DNA from: Gynuella sp.
GTDB taxonomy: Bacteria; Pseudomonadota; Gammaproteobacteria; Pseudomonadales; Natronospirillaceae
Length of the DNA stretch: 32,000 nucleotides
Direction: 5' to 3'
Assembly (NCBI GenBank): GCA_028282465.1
Contig: JANQHX010000021.1
Span: 2,437-34,436, forward strand
Within the stretch, counting starts at the first letter, position 1; each line of letters opens with the position of its first letter. The position numbers and the translations under genes were made by a program. Of this stretch, positions 8,887 to 17,559 are shown in pieces. The notes beneath the pieces were generated by a model. That model was not told the DNA's origin, searched no databases, and worked only from the letters and a program-made list of their open reading frames with translations.

Positions 8887-11091
8887 ATGTTAAAAAAAAT
8901 TCTGCGTAATCATCAAGCGGTTGTACTTGGGTTACTATTTACTGCCTTAACCTGTTGGTGGCAGTTGCATAATGACCCCCGCGAGCCGTCATTTCTAAAC
9001 CGTCTGGATTACATCCTCTACGACTGGCGGCTTAACTCCACTGGCTTTGCCAACAAACACCCTGACCACAATATTCTTATTGTAGACATAGACGAACGCA
9101 GTCTTAAGGTAGAAGGGCAGTGGCCCTGGGCCAGAACCAAGGTTGCAAAGCTGGTGCAGAAACTCTCAGAGCAAGGGGCCATTGTAGTCTCCTTCGACGT
9201 ACTGTTTTCTGAGCCAGAGCAGCATCCCTTGGAATTTATCTCTAATCTGGCTGAAGCCGAACCAGAGCTGTTAGCTCAATTAGAACAGTTTCGACAACAA
9301 TCAGATGGCGACCAACTGCTGGCACAAGCCTTTCAGCAAATGGACGTAGTACTAAGCTATTTACTCAGAGAAGAGCCAAACACAGTGGGTGCCCTGGGTC
9401 CCATTGTGGAAGAAATGACGGCAGAGCTCTCCAGCCGGAGCATTCTTCTCAAGGCTAATGGCTACACCGGCAATATTCCATTACTGGCCGACAGCGCTAT
9501 TTCCAGCGGCTTTTTTAACCCCACCCCCGACCCAGATGGGGTGATTCGCAGCGTGCCTTTGGTGTGGCGAATAGGTGATAAGGTGTATCCGTCACTAGCG
9601 CTGGCAACTGCCATGACCTATCTGTTTCAGGATGAAATCCATATAAAAAGAGTGGCGGTCGGCGACTTGGATTTTGTCGAAGGCATTCAATTTACCAAAA
9701 AGCTTATTAAAACCGACTCTCAAGCCAGGGTGATTGTGCCCTACATAGGCCCCAGAGATTCCTACACCTATGTGTCGGCCACCGATGTCTTAAATGACCA
9801 GGTGGATCTCTCTATTATGGAAAACGCCGTGGTAATGGTGGGCACCACAGCAGTGGGGTTATTCGATCTGAGAACCACACCGGTGGGCACTGAATACCCA
9901 GGAGTAGAAGTGCACGCCAATGTAGTGAATGCTCTTATGTCTGGTGATTTTCCCTATGCCCCAGATTGGAGTGACGCTGCAGTATTTGTTTTTCTATTAC
10001 TCATCGGCATTATTTTCTCTTTTGTGTTGCCAAAGTTTGGCCCAGTGGTGTTATTTTTATTTTCAGTGTTTGTACTGGTGATTTTAATCATCACCAATTT
10101 TTGGCTCTGGCAAGAACATAAACTGGCCTTGCCGCTAGCCAGCAGTTTAATTCTGTTATTTACCCTCAGCGTCATCAATTTAGTCGAAGGTTTTTGGCGT
10201 TCTACCCAAAGCCGAAGAGAAGTCACCGAAATGTTTGGCCAGTACGTGCCCCGAGCTCATATTGACCATATGCTAGAAGCGCCAGATGACTATGGTTTTG
10301 ACGGCGAAAGTAAAGAGCTCACAGTGTTGTTTTCTGACATTAGAAGCTTCACCACCATTTCTGAAAAGCTGTCGGCCATTGAATTAAAATCCTTATTAAA
10401 TCGCTACTTCACTCCCATTACCGAAATTATTTTTAATAACCGAGGCACCATCGACAAATACGTCGGCGACATGGTGATGGCATTTTGGGGCGCACCTTTA
10501 GACGATGAAAATCATGCCGAAAACGCTCTAAAAGCCACCATGGAAATGCTCGAAAAAATAGAAGCCTTAAAACCCGAATTTGTGGCAGACGGCTTACCAG
10601 AAGTGAATGTGGGTATTGGTTTAAATACCGGCCCCATGAACGTAGGCGATATGGGTTCAAACTTTCGCCGGGCTTATACCGTGTTAGGTGACGCTGTTAA
10701 TCTTGGTTCAAGATTAGAAAGCCTAACTAAATTTTACGGCGTGCAATGTTTAGTAGGGCCAGACACCAAAGACCTATGCCCCAATTATGCATTTCGCTTT
10801 GTAGATAAAATAATAGTGAAAGGCAAAGACGAACCCATTCAAGCCTGGGAGCCTTTGTGCCTAGAAAAAGATTTATCAGAAGATTGGCAAACCGAACTTA
10901 AACAATTTGAACAAGCCTATGAAAACTATGCTAACCAAAACTGGCAAGATGCTATTGAGCAACTGACACAATTAACAACCACTAGCCCAAGGCCATTTTT
11001 GTATCAAGTTTATTTAGACCGCATTGAAAGTTTAAAAGCACAAGACCTGCCTGAAGATTGGGATGGCACTTTTAGGCATACTTCGAAATAA
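8887..11091 (+). CDS. CHASE2-domain class III adenylate/guanylate cyclase
   Basis: CHASE2-like extracytoplasmic region (NILIVDIDERSLKVEGQWPWARTKVAKLV), three TM segments, then the cyclase catalytic domain (ELTVLFSDIRSFTTISEKL...DKYVGDMVMAFWGAP...YTVLGDAVNLGSRLESLTKFYG). Confidence 0.93.
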   Translation: MLKKILRNHQAVVLGLLFTALTCWWQLHNDPREPSFLNRLDYILYDWRLNSTGFANKHPDHNILIVDIDERSLKVEGQWPWARTKVAKLVQKLSEQGAIVVSFDVLFSEPEQHPLEFISNLAEAEPELLAQLEQFRQQSDGDQLLAQAFQQMDVVLSYLLREEPNTVGALGPIVEEMTAELSSRSILLKANGYTGNIPLLADSAISSGFFNPTPDPDGVIRSVPLVWRIGDKVYPSLALATAMTYLFQDEIHIKRVAVGDLDFVEGIQFTKKLIKTDSQARVIVPYIGPRDSYTYVSATDVLNDQVDLSIMENAVVMVGTTAVGLFDLRTTPVGTEYPGVEVHANVVNALMSGDFPYAPDWSDAAVFVFLLLIGIIFSFVLPKFGPVVLFLFSVFVLVILIITNFWLWQEHKLALPLASSLILLFTLSVINLVEGFWRSTQSRREVTEMFGQYVPRAHIDHMLEAPDDYGFDGESKELTVLFSDIRSFTTISEKLSAIELKSLLNRYFTPITEIIFNNRGTIDKYVGDMVMAFWGAPLDDENHAENALKATMEMLEKIEALKPEFVADGLPEVNVGIGLNTGPMNVGDMGSNFRRAYTVLGDAVNLGSRLESLTKFYGVQCLVGPDTKDLCPNYAFRFVDKIIVKGKDEPIQAWEPLCLEKDLSEDWQTELKQFEQAYENYANQNWQDAIEQLTQLTTTSPRPFLYQVYLDRIESLKAQDLPEDWDGTFRHTSK

Positions 11092-11099
11092 ATAGTTCT

Positions 11100-14039
11100 T
11101 TAAGATTCATAGCGTGTTTCTATCAGTTTTCCTTTTAGATTGCTCAAATAGACTTGGTAGTATGACTCCATAAGTTCAGCTAGTTTTTCATATTCGTCAT
11201 TGCGTCCAAGTTGATAGCCCGCAGCAAAGTTTACAAAGTCCAGGTCTTTTAATTGCTGAACCATCACCTGATCAAGAAAATCAAACCATCCTTTGATTGA
11301 AGCCGATACCTCACAAGAGAAAGCATCGAACATTTCTTTGGCAGAATTAAATCCTATTCGGACATAATTGTTTCCAATTATTTGAAAAACGCCCATGCTT
11401 GTTGCTTGGTATGCCGCTTCTTCGTTAAGGCTACGGGCGAATTCAAATACCTCCCATTCTTTTCGTTGTTGACCATGAAAGTACTTCCAGTCTTCCTCAA
11501 CAGTTTTTCTCCATTTATGGCCTAACCAAACCTTGCTTGAGTCGTATTGAAAATGTTGGTTATATAAATCAGTGTTTGTTTTACCCCAATATTTCCAAAA
11601 TAAGTGATTTTCAAAACGTATTTTTAAACGATCTGAGTTGGTTTTATCTAGCTCTTCATCGTTAGATATCGAGCACAAAACAGCGAGGATGCAGCCTAAA
11701 TCAATTGCTGTTTTATTGCTGATTTGGAATATGAGTTTGCCGTATTTATCCCAGATAGAAGTCAGCTTGTTTATTTTATCCTTGTCCACAAAATCAGATT
11801 TTATTTCAGCAGGTTTAACCCGACTATTTTTGCCGATAGTAACTGTTAGTTTTCTTGGCCGACCCTGTTCATCCACGTTGTTTTCATCCCATTCCGCAAT
11901 GGAATCTTCATTGCCAAGGTTTTCCCAGATTTCCTTAAACATCATTAACGGGAAAATTCTGTCGTTTGTGTCTTTGCCCCAGAGCCACTTATACAATCGT
12001 GGGTCGGCTGGGTATTGGTTGCCGGGTTGGCCGGTTGAGTTGCTTCTTGCGAAGCCGGGTTGGTTTTCTGAGCAAATTATTTGGGTGTGGTATGCAGCCT
12101 CATTTTCAACCCACTCTTCAACAATGGCCGGGCCTTCCAAATCCTTGTAAAAAGTTTTTAAACACTTGCCAGTGGCTAGATCCCAGAGCTTGAGAGTGTT
12201 ATCAGTGCTTCCGGAAATGAATCGCTGGTCATCCACCATCGCCGCGCTGGTAACCGGGCCTCCATGGCCCACAAAGGTTTGTAAACAATTCCCGGTGGCC
12301 AGATCCCAGAGCTTGAGGGTGCGATCATCGCTTGCGGAAATGGCCCCCTGGTCATCCACCACCGCCACGCTGTTGATCCCGCTCCCATGGCCCACAAAGG
12401 TTTGTAAACACTGCCCAGAGGCCAGATCCCAGAATTTAAGAGTGTTATCATAGCTTCCGGAAATGGCCCGCTGGTCGCCCACCACCGCCACGCTGGTGAC
12501 CGATAGTTGATGGCCCTCAAAGGTTTGTAAACATTGAGCGGAGGCCTGATCCCAGAGCTTGAGGGTGTTATCCCAGCTGGCGGAAATAACCCGCTGGTCA
12601 TCCACCACCGCCAGACTGTTGACCGAGTGTTGATGGCCCTCAAAGGTTTGTAAGCACTGTCCGGAGGCCAGATCCCAGAGCTTGAACGTGTGATCATCGC
12701 TGGCGGAAATGACCCGCCGGTTATCCACCGCCACGCTGCTGACCCAGTCTTCATGGCCCTCAAAGGTTTTTAAACACTGTCCGGAGGCCAGCTCGAAGAG
12801 CTTGAGTGTTCTGTCATAACTGCTGGAAATAACCCGTTGGTGATCCACCACTACCACGCTGCTGACCCAGTTTTCATGGCCCTCAAAGGTTTGTAAGCAC
12901 TGTCCGGAGGCCAGATCCCAGAGCTTGAGGGTGTGATCACCACTGGCGGAAATGACCCGCTGGTCATCCACCACCGCCACGTTGGTGACCCAGTTTTCAT
13001 CCTCAAAGGTTTGTAAGCACTGTCCGGAAGCCAGATCCCAGAGCTTGAGAGTCTTATCACGGCTTGTGGAAATGACCCGCTGGTTATCTACCACCGCCAT
13101 GCTAGTGACCGAGCCTTGATGGCCCTCAAAGGTTTGTAAACACTGCCGGGAGGCCAGATCCCAGAGCTTGAGGTTAGCACGGCTTGCGGAAATGACCCGC
13201 TGGTCATCTACCACCGCCACGCTTGTAACCAGACCTCCATGGCCCTTAAAGGTTTGTAAACAATTGCCGGTGGCCAGATCCCAGAGCTTAAGGGTCTTAT
13301 CACGGCTTGCGGAAATGACCCGCTGGTCATCCACCACCGCCACGTTGGTGACTGGGCTTTTATGGCCCTCAAAGGTTTGTAAGCACTGTCCGGAGGCCAG
13401 CTCCCAGAGCGTGAGGGTCTTATCACGGCTTGCGGAAATGACCCGCTGGTCATCCACCACCGCCACGCTGCTGACCCAGTTTTCATCCTCAAAGGTTTGT
13501 AAGCACTGTCCGGATGCCAGATCCCATATCTTTAGAGTGTTATCATCGCTTCCGGAAATGACCCGCTGGTCATCCACCACCGCCACGCTGGTGACCGAGT
13601 CTCGATGGCCCTCAAAGGTTTGTAAACACTGCCGGGAGGCGAGATCCCAGAGCTTGAGGGTGTAATCATCGCTGGCGGAAATGACCTTCTGGTGATCCAC
13701 CACAGCTACGCTGGTGATCGAGGCTTGATGGCCAAGCCTAGTTAGACTTGGCAGCGATGTTTTTAGGTTAGCTGGGGTGTGCCATGGCACTCGCGTTTTT
13801 GATGTTGTGGAGTCACTTTCATTAAACCGAGCAAAATAATGCTCGGAGTAGGCCAGCGGTGTGCCCTCAAGGTTTGCCGGTGTTAAATCAAGCCCGCGAA
13901 TATAAGAACCGCTTAGATCCAGCTTGGAATAGTCCAATGTCTCAGCTCCAACAGTTGCTAAGCCGATAGGCTGAGCAGATTTGTATTCCGGGTTTATTTT
14001 TTTAACTAAAAGAGAAAGCGCCTGTGCGGTTTTATCCAT
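11100..14039 (-). CDS. WD40 beta-propeller protein with C-terminal N-acetylmuramidase-like (PF11860-type) domain, probably catalytically inactive
   Basis: 13 tandem WD40 repeats (aa 104-636, e.g. HRDSVTSVAVVDDQRVISGSDDNTLKIWDLASGQCLQTFED). The C-terminus (IRFENHLFWKYWGKTNTDLYNQHFQYDSSKVWLGHKWRKTVEEDWKYFHGQQRKEWEVFEFARSL...SMGVFQIIG) is homologous to the neighbouring SH3-muramidase. Confidence 0.88.
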   Translation of the reverse strand: MDKTAQALSLLVKKINPEYKSAQPIGLATVGAETLDYSKLDLSGSYIRGLDLTPANLEGTPLAYSEHYFARFNESDSTTSKTRVPWHTPANLKTSLPSLTRLGHQASITSVAVVDHQKVISASDDYTLKLWDLASRQCLQTFEGHRDSVTSVAVVDDQRVISGSDDNTLKIWDLASGQCLQTFEDENWVSSVAVVDDQRVISASRDKTLTLWELASGQCLQTFEGHKSPVTNVAVVDDQRVISASRDKTLKLWDLATGNCLQTFKGHGGLVTSVAVVDDQRVISASRANLKLWDLASRQCLQTFEGHQGSVTSMAVVDNQRVISTSRDKTLKLWDLASGQCLQTFEDENWVTNVAVVDDQRVISASGDHTLKLWDLASGQCLQTFEGHENWVSSVVVVDHQRVISSSYDRTLKLFELASGQCLKTFEGHEDWVSSVAVDNRRVISASDDHTFKLWDLASGQCLQTFEGHQHSVNSLAVVDDQRVISASWDNTLKLWDQASAQCLQTFEGHQLSVTSVAVVGDQRAISGSYDNTLKFWDLASGQCLQTFVGHGSGINSVAVVDDQGAISASDDRTLKLWDLATGNCLQTFVGHGGPVTSAAMVDDQRFISGSTDNTLKLWDLATGKCLKTFYKDLEGPAIVEEWVENEAAYHTQIICSENQPGFARSNSTGQPGNQYPADPRLYKWLWGKDTNDRIFPLMMFKEIWENLGNEDSIAEWDENNVDEQGRPRKLTVTIGKNSRVKPAEIKSDFVDKDKINKLTSIWDKYGKLIFQISNKTAIDLGCILAVLCSISNDEELDKTNSDRLKIRFENHLFWKYWGKTNTDLYNQHFQYDSSKVWLGHKWRKTVEEDWKYFHGQQRKEWEVFEFARSLNEEAAYQATSMGVFQIIGNNYVRIGFNSAKEMFDAFSCEVSASIKGWFDFLDQVMVQQLKDLDFVNFAAGYQLGRNDEYEKLAELMESYYQVYLSNLKGKLIETRYES
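12132..13730 (-). repeat. Tandem array of 13 WD40-coding repeat units, ~123-bp period (120-135 bp)
   Basis: Recurrent near-identical DNA such as 'ccagagcttgagggt', 'tggtcatccaccaccgccac' and 'ggccctcaaaggtttgtaa'; units of 40, 41 or (last) 45 codons. Confidence 0.95.
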
Positions 14040-15981
14040 GGTTACTATCCACTAATTGCTCTCCTAAATTTTGTATTCGCTCTAACACCCTGGTTGTTTT
14101 ATAAAATTCTGTCAGTTGAATGGCTGAAGTAATATCGGCTAAGTCTTCTAGCCATTCAATATCGGTAACCAGGGTTTCATTTGAAGTCATATATTCTTCA
14201 GACCTAAATAGCTCTAGCCATTCATGAAAAACTGGGTCTGGTAACTTTTTATGGCGCCATTCTTGTCGCCTAATAAAATCTCTTCTTGAACTTATGTCTG
14301 GCAGCATAAAACCACTTTGTAGCTCCCCCAGATCAACATTCGAAATAGTTTCTAAGTGGTCTTCATTAATGATTTGAACAGGAGCTTTATGCTTTTGAGT
14401 TTCAATAGCTTGATTTTTTAAATACAGGGCCTCGAATTGGTTTAAAGCTTCATCATCAGTAATAGGGTTAGATTTAATTTCATTACCGTGAAAGGCTGCA
14501 AGTGGGTCTATGCTGTAGCGGTTTCGTTTGGATTCACGGAGTAAGTTTTTAAACTGATGCCAAGCCAGTTGATATTCACTGACGGTTATTGGGCTGGTTG
14601 GATTCTGAGTGCCTTCCAAAGCCTCTTTATTACTTTTATCCACCTCTTCAACGATTGTCTGGGCCTCGAATCTATAACTCATTTTGCATTCAAACAACCA
14701 GTTGTATACCACTTCATTAGACCTGAGCAGGCGATATAAGCTGGAGAATTGCTGTTCTAAAATAGTAATTCTGGCTAGATGTTCTAAGTGCTGGTCATGC
14801 TGGTTAATAAATTCTTTGCCGCCTTCTAGGTTTTGAATGGTATCTCGCTTGAGTTGTATGGCTTCTGCGGCTCGAATAAGTTTTCTAGGTACAGGTGGAA
14901 TGGCTTGGTTAAATAAATTCAATAAGGGTAGATTTAATTTAGTTTCTGCATGTTTATCCTCTGGTTGTTCGTCTTGGCGATCATCTATTTGACTAGCTTT
15001 TTGGGCATCTTCTGCTTTTTCTTCAACTACAAAAAGGCTTGGGTAATGTTCAATTAAATAAGCTTGGGTTTGGTTTTGTGACCACCTAGGCAAATGAATA
15101 GGAATATGAACAATCTTTTCTAAATACTCTGCGCCGGTAATAGGTGGGCTGATATTGGAGTCTCGGTCTTTTTCTAAAAAGTAGTCTTTGTATCTATGGT
15201 TAATGCCTCGTTCAACCACTTCGTCGTCTACGGCTAGCACAAAGGCAAAATTATTAATATTTAAAAATAGTTTGATGGATTCAAGCATTTGTACTGCGTT
15301 ATCTGGCAGGCATCTGTCCAAGTCATCTACAAGTACAATAATTCTAATTTTGAGTTTATCGTCGTCAGGTGATTGGGTGAGTTGTTCAAGTGATTCAAAG
15401 GTACCGTAATACATGGACTCCATCTTTTTAGTCGCTTCATTTTTCTTAGCGTCAGAAGCTGCCGCTGATTCTAGGCTGTCTTTGCCACTGAATTTGATGA
15501 CACCAAAATCAAAACTCAAACCAGTTGCGACAGATCTCGTTAAATCAGCAATGGTTTCACCGGTTTTTATTAGCAAGGATTTAAGTTGGTCAGTAACAGC
15601 CCTTGTTAATGTCAAGGCATGGCTTTCGATCTTGCTTTGATACTTTTCTAACTGGTTTTCAATGGTTTTTAACAGAGGAATGATTAAAAAGTCTTCCTGC
15701 TCGTATTTCCAAGGGGAGAAAAACACAGGAATATTGATATGCTTTATCGAGTTGTCTTCAGTATTTGAGTCTTGCCAGATTAAATTTTCAGATTTGGAGT
15801 AGTGTTTTTCAATCTGTCTTAGGTGCCAGGTTTTACCTATGCCCCATTCACCATAAACAGACACCACCAATGCTTCACCACTGGCTTTGTGGGGAAAACT
15901 GGTATTAATAACATCACAAATGTTACTGACGATTTCGCTAGAAACATCACTGGAAACGTTAGCGGTATCCGAAACGGGCAT
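14032..15981 (-). CDS. KAP-family P-loop NTPase
   Basis: Walker A VVSVYGEWGIGKTWHL and KAP-type Walker B IRIIVLVDDLDRCLPDNAVQMLESIKLFLNINNFAFVLAVDDEVVERGI; EKIVHIPIHLP motif. The stop codon overlaps the downstream ATG (ATGGATAA). Confidence 0.93.
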   Translation of the reverse strand: MPVSDTANVSSDVSSEIVSNICDVINTSFPHKASGEALVVSVYGEWGIGKTWHLRQIEKHYSKSENLIWQDSNTEDNSIKHINIPVFFSPWKYEQEDFLIIPLLKTIENQLEKYQSKIESHALTLTRAVTDQLKSLLIKTGETIADLTRSVATGLSFDFGVIKFSGKDSLESAAASDAKKNEATKKMESMYYGTFESLEQLTQSPDDDKLKIRIIVLVDDLDRCLPDNAVQMLESIKLFLNINNFAFVLAVDDEVVERGINHRYKDYFLEKDRDSNISPPITGAEYLEKIVHIPIHLPRWSQNQTQAYLIEHYPSLFVVEEKAEDAQKASQIDDRQDEQPEDKHAETKLNLPLLNLFNQAIPPVPRKLIRAAEAIQLKRDTIQNLEGGKEFINQHDQHLEHLARITILEQQFSSLYRLLRSNEVVYNWLFECKMSYRFEAQTIVEEVDKSNKEALEGTQNPTSPITVSEYQLAWHQFKNLLRESKRNRYSIDPLAAFHGNEIKSNPITDDEALNQFEALYLKNQAIETQKHKAPVQIINEDHLETISNVDLGELQSGFMLPDISSRRDFIRRQEWRHKKLPDPVFHEWLELFRSEEYMTSNETLVTDIEWLEDLADITSAIQLTEFYKTTRVLERIQNLGEQLVDSNHG

Positions 15982-16195
15982 CTTTAAATGAGTCCATCCT
16001 TGAGACTACATGAGTATTCAATTGCTGGCGTCTAAATTCAATGGTTTCAAACCAATAAAGTCATGAGTTTTTCATTGATCCAAAACTAATTTGGTTGATG
16101 TTTGCTGAGCTAGTATGGGTATCTGCGCATTATCCGTTAGCAGTCAAAAAATAAGCCTGCTAAATTGCTATGACTGAAAGAAAATACAAGGAAAT

Positions 16196-17542
16196 GTGTT
16201 CATGTTTGCCAAGGTAACCGCGTCTGCGCTCAATGTACGATCTGTGCCCAAGGCCTCAGGGAAAATTTTGGGTGTCCTTCACAAGGATCAAGTCATCCGC
16301 ATAGAAGGTGAGGAGGGCAGTTGGAGCCAATTAGCTTATATGGGTCAAACTGGATTTGTGGCAACAGAGTATTTGACGTTTGAATTTGAAACGGATCAAT
16401 TAATGGGCAAAGTGACTGCCTCTTCACTGAATGTCAGGCCCGACCCTTCAACCTCGAATGAGCCTATTACAAAACTGGATAATGGGGTAGAGGTGAGCGT
16501 TTTAAAGCAGGTGGAGGATTGGTACGAAATAGCACTGCCGGATTCCACAGGTTTTGTGTCAGCCAAGTTCATTGACGTCAGTATCCCTGACCAACCCAGC
16601 TTGATTTTGGTGAATGCTAGTAATTTAAATGTTCGTTCTGGGCCTTCAACTGACCATGAAATTATCGGTTCAGTTGACCAGGGCACTCAATTAATCAAAG
16701 TGTCAGACAATAATGATTGGATTGAAGTTCGGTTTAATGATGAACCTGGGTATGTGCATTCTGATTTTGTAAAACCATTTAGTGGCACTGCCAAGAAACC
16801 AAGGGCAAGACGTACCCGTCTAATCAATTCAACAAGCGCCTCATCGACTGACAGCGCATTGGAACCAGACACTCAGCTGTTAATTGAAGGGGACAAAACC
16901 CAGAAAAAGGTGGCTAGAACCTGGAATAGCTTTGGTGGCATTTTACAAAAGCTCAGTTCAGATTTTGGTTTTGAAGCTGCCAGCGCAATAGCTGTGCTTT
17001 GTGTTGAAAGTTCGGGTAAGGGTTTTCAAAAAAGTAATGACAACCGCATGATCATTCGTTTTGAAAACCACAAGTTTGACGGTTATTGGGGTGAACAGAA
17101 TTCAGAATTATTTGATCAGCATTTCAAATACAACAAGAAGGGTAAGAAATGGCTGGGTCATGAGTGGCGAGAAACTACCAACGATGAGTGGAGTCGCTTT
17201 CATGGCAAACAAAGAAAGGAATGGGAGGTGTTTAATTTCGCAAGACACTTAGACAGTGATGCGGCCATGATGTCTATTAGCATGGGAGCTCCCCAGATTA
17301 TGGGTTTTCATTATAAACGACTGAATTACTCATCAGTGGCTGAAATGTTCGATCAGTTTTCCACTGACATGGCGGCGCAAATTGAAGGATTGTTTCGTTT
17401 TCTGGATAAACGAATGATAAAGGCATTAGTGGAAAAAGACTTTGTGGAGTTTGCTCGCTGGTATAATGGTGCTGGACAAAAACAAAAATATGGCGGCTGG
17501 ATTATGGATCATTATCAGGCCTTTAAATCTTTAGCGAATTAA
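16196..17542 (+). CDS. Three SH3b domains + N-acetylmuramidase domain (PF11860-type)
   Basis: Three copies of the SH3b pattern (VTASALNVRSVPKAS...; VTASSLNVRPDPSTS...; VNASNLNVRSGPSTD...), then AIAVLCVESSGKGF...IIRFENHKFDGYWG...SISMGAPQIMG...FARWYNGAG. Start GTG 16196 or ATG 16202. Confidence 0.9.
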   Translation: MFMFAKVTASALNVRSVPKASGKILGVLHKDQVIRIEGEEGSWSQLAYMGQTGFVATEYLTFEFETDQLMGKVTASSLNVRPDPSTSNEPITKLDNGVEVSVLKQVEDWYEIALPDSTGFVSAKFIDVSIPDQPSLILVNASNLNVRSGPSTDHEIIGSVDQGTQLIKVSDNNDWIEVRFNDEPGYVHSDFVKPFSGTAKKPRARRTRLINSTSASSTDSALEPDTQLLIEGDKTQKKVARTWNSFGGILQKLSSDFGFEAASAIAVLCVESSGKGFQKSNDNRMIIRFENHKFDGYWGEQNSELFDQHFKYNKKGKKWLGHEWRETTNDEWSRFHGKQRKEWEVFNFARHLDSDAAMMSISMGAPQIMGFHYKRLNYSSVAEMFDQFSTDMAAQIEGLFRFLDKRMIKALVEKDFVEFARWYNGAGQKQKYGGWIMDHYQAFKSLAN

Positions 17543-17559
17543 TTTTAAAAAGGGTAATC

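Noticed and set aside
12166-13665. Several long alternative-frame or antisense ORFs inside the WD40 gene (12166-12453 +, 12176-12763 -, 12851-13060 -, 13168-13665 +, 13208-13492 -)
   Set aside because: The ~123-bp unit is a multiple of three, so any stop-free alternative frame stays open through the array. The products are repetitive low-complexity peptides, while the annotated frame gives clean WD40 repeats.
12132-13730. Regular repeats resembling a CRISPR-like or satellite array
   Set aside because: Units are 120-135 bp with no unique spacers, and they translate in frame as WD40 units. They are coding repeats.
16196-17542. Prophage endolysin cassette explaining the muramidase genes
   Set aside because: No holin, spanin, capsid, tail, integrase or terminase genes are in the window, and the neighbours are KAP/WD40 and metabolic genes. 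A domesticated origin is possible but not shown.
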